From an uncultured Gammaproteobacteria bacterium (lineage in GTDB: Bacteria; Patescibacteriota; Microgenomatia; UBA12405; JAHJSD01), in NCBI GenBank assembly GCA_964428655.1, contig CAYRYE010000002.1, positions 183,156-247,155 on the forward strand: DNA of 64,000 nt. The letters are read 5' to 3'. Positions 49,301 to 55,115 of the stretch are shown here, piece after piece. Each line of letters starts with the position of its first letter. Positions within the stretch are counted from its first letter, which is position 1. Position numbers and translations under genes: made by a program. A model generated the notes under the pieces. The model was not told the DNA's origin and did not search any database. It was given only the letters and a program-made list of their open reading frames with translations.

Positions 49301-51916
49301 GGCGACGGCACCTACGGCGTGTATGGCTACGGCACCAGCCAGGGTGTGTATGGCACCACCTCCACTGGACAAGGTGTACGTGGCAATAGCACTAGCGGCT
49401 GGGCAGGATATTTTGATCAAAAAACTTATGTTGCTGATTACCTACGAGCTGATGGTGGATTAACCACTAACAGTACCGATCCAGGAGCAGGTAATATTAG
49501 GGCGTCTGGAAGCTTAACATTAACAGCTGCTAATCCCTATATCTACAGTGGCAGTTCATATATTATAATTCCAAATGGTCTTTTTGTCAGTGGAGGCACT
49601 CCTTATTTTACTAATGACATTAAGGCTAGGGGAGGCATTAGTGATGATGGTGGAAATTTATATTTAAATGATACTGTTGTTGTCAATGGTAATGATGGTG
49701 GTACTAATTTATATATTAACGCTATTGATGCAAACGAAGGTGGCCAAATAGCACTGCAACCTGGATCAAGTTATTCAAGTGATGTGTTTTACCTTGACAA
49801 TGTTCAGGGATTCCCTCGCATCTATCAAAGTAGTAGCAATACTAGAACAATGCAGATTGCCAATTACGGTACTGGAATACTTAACTTGAATGTAGAAGGA
49901 ACATCGACCGACTTTGCTGAAATGATACATACTGATGAAAGGTTGGAAAGTGGAGATCTAGTTGTGAGTCACGAAAGTCAAGAAGTAACAGTGAGATTAG
50001 CAGATGATGCCTACTCGCCAAATATTACCGGCATCATTTCAACTAGACCGGGAATTTTATTATCAAGTCTTGACAAGGCTAATGATACCAGTACTTCAAT
50101 TGGTACAGTAGGTAAGGCAGTAATATTTGATAAATACGCCCCGCTGACTGTTTCTGGGAGAGTACCACTCAAGGTTAGTTCTTCAAGTGGGTATATCTCT
50201 AATAGTGATCCTGTTACTTCGTCTTCACTTGCTGGTTTTGGTATGAAAGCCACTCAAGCCGGCCCTATTGTTGGAAAGGCACTGGAGTCAACAGGTCACT
50301 GGAATGATACAAATTGTCCAGCAATTGCTTCTGTTGACTCTATCACATGGCCTGAAGATGATGGAAATAATCCTGCGAAACCCTGCTTTAAACTTCCTGA
50401 TGGTACTTACATAGGCAAGATAATAGTACTTGTGAATCTCAGCTGGTATGACCCGGATGTTTATCTAACAGATACGGGAGATTTAAATATTACCCAAAAC
50501 AACAACGGAGATCTTATTTTAAAGAATAAAGATAGTTTAGTTGATAAAATTGGTGCTTTTACAGAACTGGTTGTAGCTAAAGTTAAGGCCGGACTAGTGG
50601 AAACAAAAGAATTAACAGCAGAGAATAAAATCATCTCACCGTTGATTGAAACAGAAGAAATAGTAATTAGTGATCAGGAATTAGTAATTAGTAATCAAGA
50701 GGGAGAGGATTTAATTGAAATCGATAGCGATGGGGCAACAACCCATTTTGGTGATTTGATAGTTGAAGGTGATGCTGGATTCAGCGGCAATGTGGGCATT
50801 GGCCATCTTACAGCAGAAGAAATTGACACGAATACACTTGAAAGCAAAGCGATTAGCACAGATCAAATGCAAATTAACACGGATGCAACCGTTTCCGGCA
50901 CATTGTACGCTGATCAGATTGTGACTAGGAAAGGCACCTTTGGCGAATTGATGGCTGATAAGATTAGCGCTATTAGGGTGGAGTTAGAAGAGTTGCTAGC
51001 TAACAAAATTGCTAATTATGATAGCGGGGTGGAAAAGGATGACACTGGAGCTTTGGATACTGTTACTGGCACTTCCCTTGCTTCTCAGGCTGAGGAATGG
51101 GAGACAGATCCACCGTCCGATTCCTCCACCGCATCCACTCCTGGAGAGTCTGCTGGGTTGTCATCTGCTGGGTTGTCAGATGAAATAATTATCGCCTCCA
51201 GTTTAGTAATTCAGGGAAAAATGACAGTGGAAGAAGCGTTTATTAACAAACATTTGCTAGTCGGCAATATTGCCATTACTAAAAACTCCATTGCTACTTT
51301 GGCTGATACCCTTTACATCCAGCCAAGTGGAACAGGCAAAGTTGATATTTTAGCTGGAATTTTGGTAATTGAGGATAATGGCAGTGTGACGATTAATGGA
51401 GACTTGTTTGTGAATGGCAGTGTAATCGCAGAGGAATATCAAGGAAAGGACGGGGATTTTGCGATTAATTTAGCTGGAGAGTCTGCTAGTGGTTTCGGCA
51501 AATTAATGGTCAAGGGAATTGATAACGAGGTGGTAACCAGCATTGATGCCAGCGGGTCGGCGCAATTCGCCGGAGACTTAATTGCTTCAGGCTCGGCTAC
51601 TTTTGCTAAAGTCAATATTGCTACGGCATCGGCCGAACCAATTATTGCTGGCTCGCAATTTGGCGATTTGGCCACTGACTCAGCCAAACTAAAAACTAAT
51701 GCCACGGCTGGTGAAGGAATAATTCCGACTGGAAAAAAAGAAGTAATTATTTACAGTGATAAATTAACTTCAGAATCGCTGGTTTACATTACTCCAACAA
51801 CAGATACTGAAAATCAGGTGTTGTTTGTCAAGCAAAAAGCAAGCGATCATTTCACTGTGGCCATAAAAGAAGAATTAAACAAAGAAATACGATTCAACTA
51901 TTGGATTATTAACTAA
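40367..51916 (+). CDS. giant cell-surface protein (3849 aa): cytoplasmic integrase-SAM-like N-domain, TM helix, about 21 GNVGIGTTxP-type repeats (tail-fibre-like), Gly-Tyr repeat region, C-terminal conserved domain
   Basis: N-terminus IRHYLETLRVQGKSEATIRRKAIALKKFAEWA (recombinase core-binding-like) then IGIGIGIIGG and TM FGAIAIMTVALGLFIY; GNVGIGTT(G/N/D)P recurs about every 80-100 aa with near-identical DNA core ggcaacgtcgggattgggacgacggggcc; C-terminal 70 aa shared with 51920..53062. Confidence 0.9.
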   Translation: MDLNKLLQLNQIRHYLETLRVQGKSEATIRRKAIALKKFAEWAATKEQSRIGIGIGIIGGTKPKTFKEQVSHKILNTKYQILNTLSSVPAYFKFGAIAIMTVALGLFIYDQFIKKAPEQLAYPSTLTAPSRVLSFQGRLTDDQDTPITDSTNFVFKLWKVEENGTEVDCDGGGDEDCLWESNTCGINPDEDGIFSVRLGATSGSDACGGAIDSSVFTENIGIWLEVTVASETLDPRQPIATSAYALNAETLQGFPPGTGTSNILYIDSSGNIGIGVTSPTLDATSSSGTFAIKGQSLLLQTPNTSDGDIGINPDGEGVLDLIFDGSAPSSSYTSNGIGGFVTATNSNITSGAMYFGEVASVATGYDFIQFMSGSTPTEKFSVDASGHTYIAGNVGIGTTNPNNFKLQVDGNVGPQTDSDYDLGSDTIRWANVYADNLIGTISPGFSEGSVIFADSLGDLTEDNANFFWNDTDDRLGIGTTEPGAKLHTYRNDTIGTWGAMTLSNATALFQDSGVNLYVDGNTLVTSGDLYLGTSTASDIFFGTNDAYTVTFKSGGDVGIGTTEPSALLSVGSTSQFQVNSSGAIAAATGITSSGTITFSDLSTNGPTYVATGVMNSEQYLDMTRGGTDADLSGVAEGGLIYKAASALAGTGALTGMLKGNTASAPSAVTSTADYVTYWSDANTITGEQYLSVSRGGSGIGTFTKGVLLSPGGTTAFTTVAGINNYIPKWSSSYITTTSSIYDDGDVGIGTTGPGQKLTVQDDNSDSIPTDQDLEVGQIQIQNLDASAVFAGLSFRARTTNRAMGLIGLDWASGAGDIFFRIRDGSLTSKEVMRLESTGNVGIGTTDPQALLSVGSTSQFQVNSTGAIAAATGITSSGTITFSGLTANRLVTTTTGGQLTNSITSANVDDSVTNNTGSGLLVFATSPIFTTDITTPQILSSADLTIDPAGENVNLGSGDNLNITASTDLFFGTTSLGEITGPTDSGAYVVGTNDEFSNSDEVNVQGVLDDLDAHIESLETGGSGLWIDDGLYIYPINFTDFVITDAGNVGIGTTGPDSPLEISGSGAQQLKITSTDHISSAVVLERTDNDYYDWRMMNSGGNLFFSESIDEGASWLDNVFFGGDPTYHGRVGIGTTAPDEELTVSIAQNESTLIKVTNSTNDTLAAAGFYFDSATSNGIFAALPSNYTGGGTGAHFADRVGFTAYDTAAGLDVVAIDTNADIRFYTGGLAISNERIRIESGGNVGIGTTGPNAQFEVRGSGLEARLTDDGTGYYADLGVDSSGNLTISTSNGALNLEPTANQNLNITTSGTGDVAVNTNQLYVDSSSGYIGIGTTGPLVKLNVSQDQVTSISQAQFMITGATDTNKRTLIGYNTTNNYGWMGAGTLDSQWDPLVLQPISGNVGIGTTNPGAKLEVAGQVKITGGSPGADKVLTSNVSGLATWETIGGEGVTPDSLDYTEFVDAMTVDDNTSINLYSGTTDVDLRYYNSSSSDELLFLDGSTGYVGIGTTGPGARLDIHNDASTGVPLNVMSRAGSADNGELQIGFINNDGGQSWRMGTASDRNFYITEDDAGGYGTSRLTLEEGGNVGIGTTNPSATLHVAGNTLTTGNTYIGATTGDQYFWSDSAGRIATMADFYVQATSSNTYLYSAITYLGAASGDNILFRANEVYGDSWRISSTTGAYHAGSSTEYVYNRFGSGGTANFASDDASDVYVQDELEVDGSICLGGVCESTFLDFGPWDYNSGANTVHPDSTSYNVGIGTTSAGTAKLAVIGGNVGIGTTGPGYKLDVNAGTDNEITRFISTDDSARILVTDEDTTTYLGSSNGYTYLGGGAGLLAQNLVINTTTGNVGIGTTDPKAELHVMGTSGTIPSLFSGTNLVVSNTEAAGNNTNISILGGAEGDTAIMFGDTADEDAGAVSYDHNTDYMSFRVNAGTKMTIDDSGNVGIGTTGPGMPLHLTKASNDLVEFESTNSWMGLHLTGAAGYDSNIYFKEADTKEMRISWDASENELAFVDETDSAARRMVIEQTGNVGIGTTGPTSLLHLASTSTSTGFTGFNLDWSPGSAATLTGDLFAINIGSNGNADNLFNVLDNSSSLFSVSETQITSALPHQFTSTGDVSIAYDIIFTNQTASYIKSYAPLYIDAGESFESNDLTLSTYNAGDIVFDAGDASGDTGTIKFYDAYVKGATDTTPIAFSDVAADINTFRTNYTDENIIGAFNEVYDAATGSVGGGGPWTRSGTDTYLTNTGDNVGIGTTDPDNKLDISGTLEVGTSTRGALLYSTAADNFRFHTYTNTPNPNIRIGYGNGSGGQDTSSEYIDMNAGEINFINADVGIGIATPDEPLEIYRSNDPTAGTTYLKITNPSSGNWKTGEAATGIRFEKEGKITGYIESAHFRTGSGADHSNEDAGLAFGTRHSHDLDPTTKMVIDNYGNVGIGTTTPGAKLDILSTGEQLRTSYNSSNYTQFETDSDGDLNITLNGGGSDKRVIISNDLQINGGDIVDSSGTTRISIGNVISLYPDSSNLVRVINTSGSPASRYLPLRLTRSYSSFSTSYEVGIQFDIQENTTVMPAGFISSKITDSTNEYGKMFLATSDGTGDTDWEIGITIDHLGNVGIGTTNPTEKLHVVGDGYFTADVGIGTAVNATYDLSVGSHIRTVSGNIYSGGTQGFVFGSSTSEGEYIYRSGNDIRTYAGGANVLTVDGDNGRVGIGTTGPEMTLDVYGGVGTGIIVGDHAVRQPYIRRSLHSPSDVTYSFYGYTDAGMYMPEANKLAFAVNGGERITLDSGGNVGIGTTSPLGQLDVVGGVTRTGTAPTTPSFYVTGTLSAGTAGPAANNIEFRHDNQTQGIGFGYQTIYATGTTTNQPLNLLSRGSSPITLNAYGYSTGNVGIGTAGPLSKLSVGGAGISNTGVYGYGTSYGVYGGGGTYGVYGSGTGYGVRAMGGTYGLYGSGTSYGAYGAGDTSGVYGDGGTYGVYGDGTTGVRGDGTYGVYGYGTSQGVYGTTSTGQGVRGNSTSGWAGYFDQKTYVADYLRADGGLTTNSTDPGAGNIRASGSLTLTAANPYIYSGSSYIIIPNGLFVSGGTPYFTNDIKARGGISDDGGNLYLNDTVVVNGNDGGTNLYINAIDANEGGQIALQPGSSYSSDVFYLDNVQGFPRIYQSSSNTRTMQIANYGTGILNLNVEGTSTDFAEMIHTDERLESGDLVVSHESQEVTVRLADDAYSPNITGIISTRPGILLSSLDKANDTSTSIGTVGKAVIFDKYAPLTVSGRVPLKVSSSSGYISNSDPVTSSSLAGFGMKATQAGPIVGKALESTGHWNDTNCPAIASVDSITWPEDDGNNPAKPCFKLPDGTYIGKIIVLVNLSWYDPDVYLTDTGDLNITQNNNGDLILKNKDSLVDKIGAFTELVVAKVKAGLVETKELTAENKIISPLIETEEIVISDQELVISNQEGEDLIEIDSDGATTHFGDLIVEGDAGFSGNVGIGHLTAEEIDTNTLESKAISTDQMQINTDATVSGTLYADQIVTRKGTFGELMADKISAIRVELEELLANKIANYDSGVEKDDTGALDTVTGTSLASQAEEWETDPPSDSSTASTPGESAGLSSAGLSDEIIIASSLVIQGKMTVEEAFINKHLLVGNIAITKNSIATLADTLYIQPSGTGKVDILAGILVIEDNGSVTINGDLFVNGSVIAEEYQGKDGDFAINLAGESASGFGKLMVKGIDNEVVTSIDASGSAQFAGDLIASGSATFAKVNIATASAEPIIAGSQFGDLATDSAKLKTNATAGEGIIPTGKKEVIIYSDKLTSESLVYITPTTDTENQVLFVKQKASDHFTVAIKEELNKEIRFNYWIIN
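41536..49035 (+). repeat. intragenic array of about 21 near-identical 25-30 nt cores (ggcaacgtcgggattgggacgacgggg) within about 250-300 bp protein repeats
   Basis: Direct reading: cores at about 41540, 42590, 42880, 43500, 43740, 44090, 44350, 44560, 44870, 45115, 45690, 45900, 46190, 46440, 47100, 47340, 47650, 48190, 48470, 48710, 49010. Confidence 0.85.
49060..49400 (+). repeat. GC-rich tandem repeat (ggcacctacggcgtgtatggc-type, 21-24 nt period) encoding (G-x-Y-G)n Gly/Tyr-rich segment
   Basis: Protein segment GVYGYGTSYGVYGGGGTYGVYGSGTGYGVRAMGGTYGLYGSGTSYGAYG...; produces artefactual ORFs on both strands (49020..49463, 49040..49420). Confidence 0.85.
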
Positions 51917-51919
51917 CAA

Positions 51920-53062
51920 ATGAAAATCCTACATATTAAACTAATCTGGTTTTTGCCGATTTTGGCGGGAGGGGTTATTGGGGGAATATTAACCTCGAAC
52001 CAGCGGTCCAACACATCCATCCTTAGTCCCATTATCCCACCGTCCGAAGATGTCCGTGGGCCAAATTTGGACAAGACAACCTCAGAGGAAGAGCTCGCCT
52101 CGGAAAAGGGATCCCTGCAGCAGCAAATTCTCACCTCCCAGTCGCTTTTGGCCAAAGCAATTGAAATTTCAAAAGAAAAAGATAGCGCCCAAAACCAAAG
52201 AATTGTTCAATTAATTAATGAGGCGATTACTACTATTAATCAAGCTATCGGTCAATATCCCAGTGATCACCGAGCTTGGGCCCAAAGAGCCAAGATTTAT
52301 CAAACAATTAAAGGTTATATGCCTGAAGCAGAAAAAGTGGCTATTGGCGATTGGCAGAGAGCAATCAAACTGGACCCTAATAACAGCGATTACTACCAAT
52401 CATTAGCTAGTATCTATCAGGTTAATGGAATCAAGATAGCCATTTTTTATTTGCAAAAAGCAGTTGAGACTAATCCAACTGATCCTAATTTACTCAAACA
52501 ATTAGCTGAATATCAAACAAGGGCAGGAATGCTGAGCCAAGCCAGAACAAGCTACCAACAAATTTTGGCTATTTTAATTGATCAAGAACAAAGAGAAGTA
52601 ATTAAAAAAGAAATCAAGGGTTTAGAACGTTTAATAGTTCAGGCGGGAATTGAGTCCGATGCGGCCACTCCGGAAAGGTCTATTCCGTTCGAGGAGTCTA
52701 CCATTACTCTCCCCGAGTCGCCGCCCCTGCTAGAAGCTAGGCATTTAGCCAGTAATACTATTATTGCCGCTCCCGTCTCACCATCCCAACATACATCGGG
52801 AGGAGAGACTATCTCAAGTGCTCTATCAGGGATGGCGATTTTACCAACTGGTGAAACAGAGGTTAAAATTTGCAATGAAAATCTCTCCCCTAATACACAA
52901 GTATACTTAGTTTCAGAAGGAGAAGATGAAAATCAAGTCTTAATAGTTAAAAGAAAAGTGCCGTTTGATCCAGAGACCAATGAATGCAGCCACTTTGTAG
53001 CCGCTATTCAAAAACCCTTGAACCAAGATTTGAAATTCAGATGGTGGCTGATAGAAAATTGA
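51920..53062 (+). CDS. N-terminally anchored TPR-repeat protein with C-terminal domain shared with the 3849-aa protein
   Basis: N-terminal TM LIWFLPILAGGVIGGILT; TPR-like helices (AWAQRAKIYQTIKGY, YYQSLASIYQVNG, LLKQLAEYQTRAG); C-terminus PTGETEVKICNENLSPNTQVYLVSEGEDENQVLIVKRKV...FVAAIQKPLNQDLKFRWWLIEN aligns with PTGKKEVIIYSDKLTSESLVYITPTTDTENQVLFVKQKA...FTVAIKEELNKEIRFNYWIIN. Confidence 0.75.
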   Translation: MKILHIKLIWFLPILAGGVIGGILTSNQRSNTSILSPIIPPSEDVRGPNLDKTTSEEELASEKGSLQQQILTSQSLLAKAIEISKEKDSAQNQRIVQLINEAITTINQAIGQYPSDHRAWAQRAKIYQTIKGYMPEAEKVAIGDWQRAIKLDPNNSDYYQSLASIYQVNGIKIAIFYLQKAVETNPTDPNLLKQLAEYQTRAGMLSQARTSYQQILAILIDQEQREVIKKEIKGLERLIVQAGIESDAATPERSIPFEESTITLPESPPLLEARHLASNTIIAAPVSPSQHTSGGETISSALSGMAILPTGETEVKICNENLSPNTQVYLVSEGEDENQVLIVKRKVPFDPETNECSHFVAAIQKPLNQDLKFRWWLIEN

Positions 53063-53077
53063 CCAAAACTTTGTTTA

Positions 53078-55066
53078 TTAGTCAACTGACTCGGGTGATT
53101 CAATCGGCTCAATAGGCTCGCCCTCCAAATCAAAAGGAGTTGGCGTAAGAGTCTCCATTTCCTCTAACGGCGGTGCGGCTTCTTCAGGAAGCTGGATCGG
53201 TTCTTCAAGTTGAGGTGTTGGTAAAGGCCCAGGCTGAGTCAATTCCTTCGGCGCTTCCTCTTTTTCGCTGGCGGCTGCTTCCTGACCCAGTTCTTTTTTC
53301 CACTCTTCTAATTCTTGTATTGATTTTTCATAATCAGGAGTATCTCTTGCCACCAAATTGACTGCTTGTTGAAGCTTGACTACTGCGTCTTCTAGTTTTT
53401 CCTGTTGTTTTAGAACCCAAGCCCAATTATACCAAGCATTGGCAAAATCAACCTTCAGACTAACAGCAATTTCAAATTGTTTAGCGGCCTCATCAAGCTG
53501 GTCCATACCGTAAAGCAAACCGCCATAATCAACTCGTAAACGAGGATTAAGAGAATCTAAAGCAATCGCCTGCTGATAAGTAGTCACTACCCATTGATCA
53601 GCTCCTTCGGCTACGTTAACTAACTGGCGGTAGATCTGGGCCAGGTTTTCCCAACCAATTACATTCCTTGGCTCTAAAGCCACGGCTGTTTTAGCTTCTG
53701 AAACTGATTGATCTAAAAGTTGAGTTATTTGGCGATGCTCATCATCGGTCAAATCCTCCCCTTTATTGGCTAAACTATTGGCCAAGGCTAGATTAGTTTG
53801 AGCAAAAGAAATTCGGTAGCGTGACAAAAAGCGGTTTTGATTAATAGCGGCTAGCTGAAAATTGTAAGTATCCCCGCCTCTATTCTCAGAGGCCGCTTTG
53901 ATTGCTTGGTAAAAAGTAAATTCTGACCGGAAACCACGATAGAGAAAATAACCACTTACCATAGTAAAAACAATTAGCAAACTACCAAATATTATCGGTG
54001 CGCTGTCTTCTCCTTTTTCACCAACAACTAAAGAAAAACTCCGTTCTTTGCCCTTGCCTCGGACTAAAGCTAAAGACAAAAAGAGAATAAAGACAGTAAT
54101 TAAATTGCCAGGAAAGAGCAGTAAAGCCAACCATGTCAACCCTAGCAGCCGACCAGTCTCATTTTTCTTTGCCGAACGAATGGTGCGGAAAAATAGAGAA
54201 AGCAAAATAATTAAACCAACCAGGCCTGTCTCAGTCCAAAGCTGTAAGAACCAACTATGAGGGGCGCCAAACCTGAAATTCCAATTTTCACCTCGGTTAA
54301 ACTCGATAGGACGATAAAGATTAAAAGCAGTATTAAAATTACCCGGGCCAACACCAAGGATTGGGCTCCTTTTAAAGGACTCAACAGCAATTGCCCAGGA
54401 GGAAAACCAATCTAAAAAAACTACCTTAATTTTGAAGGTTTGATAAAGAGCTGTTCCTGCCCCTACTAAAATAATAATTCCCAAAAGGGCCAGCCACCAC
54501 TTTTTTAACTCGCCTTTTCCCTTTACCTCCTTTACAATCAAGCCAATAATTAAAGCAGCCATTAAAACTAATAATTGGGCAAGAATCACTGGCGAGCCTA
54601 AGGCAAGACGGCTAAGTTGATTAGCCCAAAAACCAGTAGAAGAAACAGGCAAGACAAATAAAGTTACGGAAAACAAACTAGTAATCGCCGCTGAAATTAG
54701 CAAGGCCATTAAAGTTTTCTTCCTTTTTCCTGTTGATTTAAGTTGGCTTAAAGAGAAGTAAAAAAGAGTTAGAACAATAACTGTGCCTAAACCTAATGGC
54801 TGAAGTAAAGAGCGAACTTTTGTTCCAGAAGGCAAGAAAAACCAGGAAACTAAATTGGACAACAAAAAGAGAAAAACTAAAAAGTCCAACGGCGCAATTG
54901 AATAAACAAGTTTCTTGGCCTTTAACAGGCGGATCCCGGCAATAACCAAAACTACTAAAACCGCTATTGCTAAAAAGAAATTTTTGCCATCAAAAACTGA
55001 ATCAGTAATCCAAGGAAAAAAAAACAGGGGAAAAAGGAAAACAATTAATGTGATTAGGATTAACAT
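53078..55066 (-). CDS. polytopic membrane protein (Wzy/O-antigen-ligase-like) with C-terminal TPR domain and acidic Pro/Glu tail
   Basis: About 12 TM helices in N-terminal 400 aa; C-terminal TPR-like repeats (AVALEPRNVIGWENLAQIYRQL, AIALDSLNPRLRVDYGGLLYGMDQLDEAAKQFEIAV, ANAWYNWAWVLKQQEKLEDAVVKLQQAV). Confidence 0.55.
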   Translation of the reverse strand: MLILITLIVFLFPLFFFPWITDSVFDGKNFFLAIAVLVVLVIAGIRLLKAKKLVYSIAPLDFLVFLFLLSNLVSWFFLPSGTKVRSLLQPLGLGTVIVLTLFYFSLSQLKSTGKRKKTLMALLISAAITSLFSVTLFVLPVSSTGFWANQLSRLALGSPVILAQLLVLMAALIIGLIVKEVKGKGELKKWWLALLGIIILVGAGTALYQTFKIKVVFLDWFSSWAIAVESFKRSPILGVGPGNFNTAFNLYRPIEFNRGENWNFRFGAPHSWFLQLWTETGLVGLIILLSLFFRTIRSAKKNETGRLLGLTWLALLLFPGNLITVFILFLSLALVRGKGKERSFSLVVGEKGEDSAPIIFGSLLIVFTMVSGYFLYRGFRSEFTFYQAIKAASENRGGDTYNFQLAAINQNRFLSRYRISFAQTNLALANSLANKGEDLTDDEHRQITQLLDQSVSEAKTAVALEPRNVIGWENLAQIYRQLVNVAEGADQWVVTTYQQAIALDSLNPRLRVDYGGLLYGMDQLDEAAKQFEIAVSLKVDFANAWYNWAWVLKQQEKLEDAVVKLQQAVNLVARDTPDYEKSIQELEEWKKELGQEAAASEKEEAPKELTQPGPLPTPQLEEPIQLPEEAAPPLEEMETLTPTPFDLEGEPIEPIESPESVD

Positions 55067-55115
55067 AGTTATTACTATGTATATTCTCCATGATCAATTG
55101 TCAAGAGTCAAGAGG

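Noticed and set aside
49020-49463. 147-aa (+) and 126-aa (-) ORFs rich in Ala/Cys/Met/Thr
   Set aside because: Both lie within the GC-rich Gly-Tyr tandem repeat of the 3849-aa gene; they are out-of-frame or antisense readings of a repeat and are not genes.
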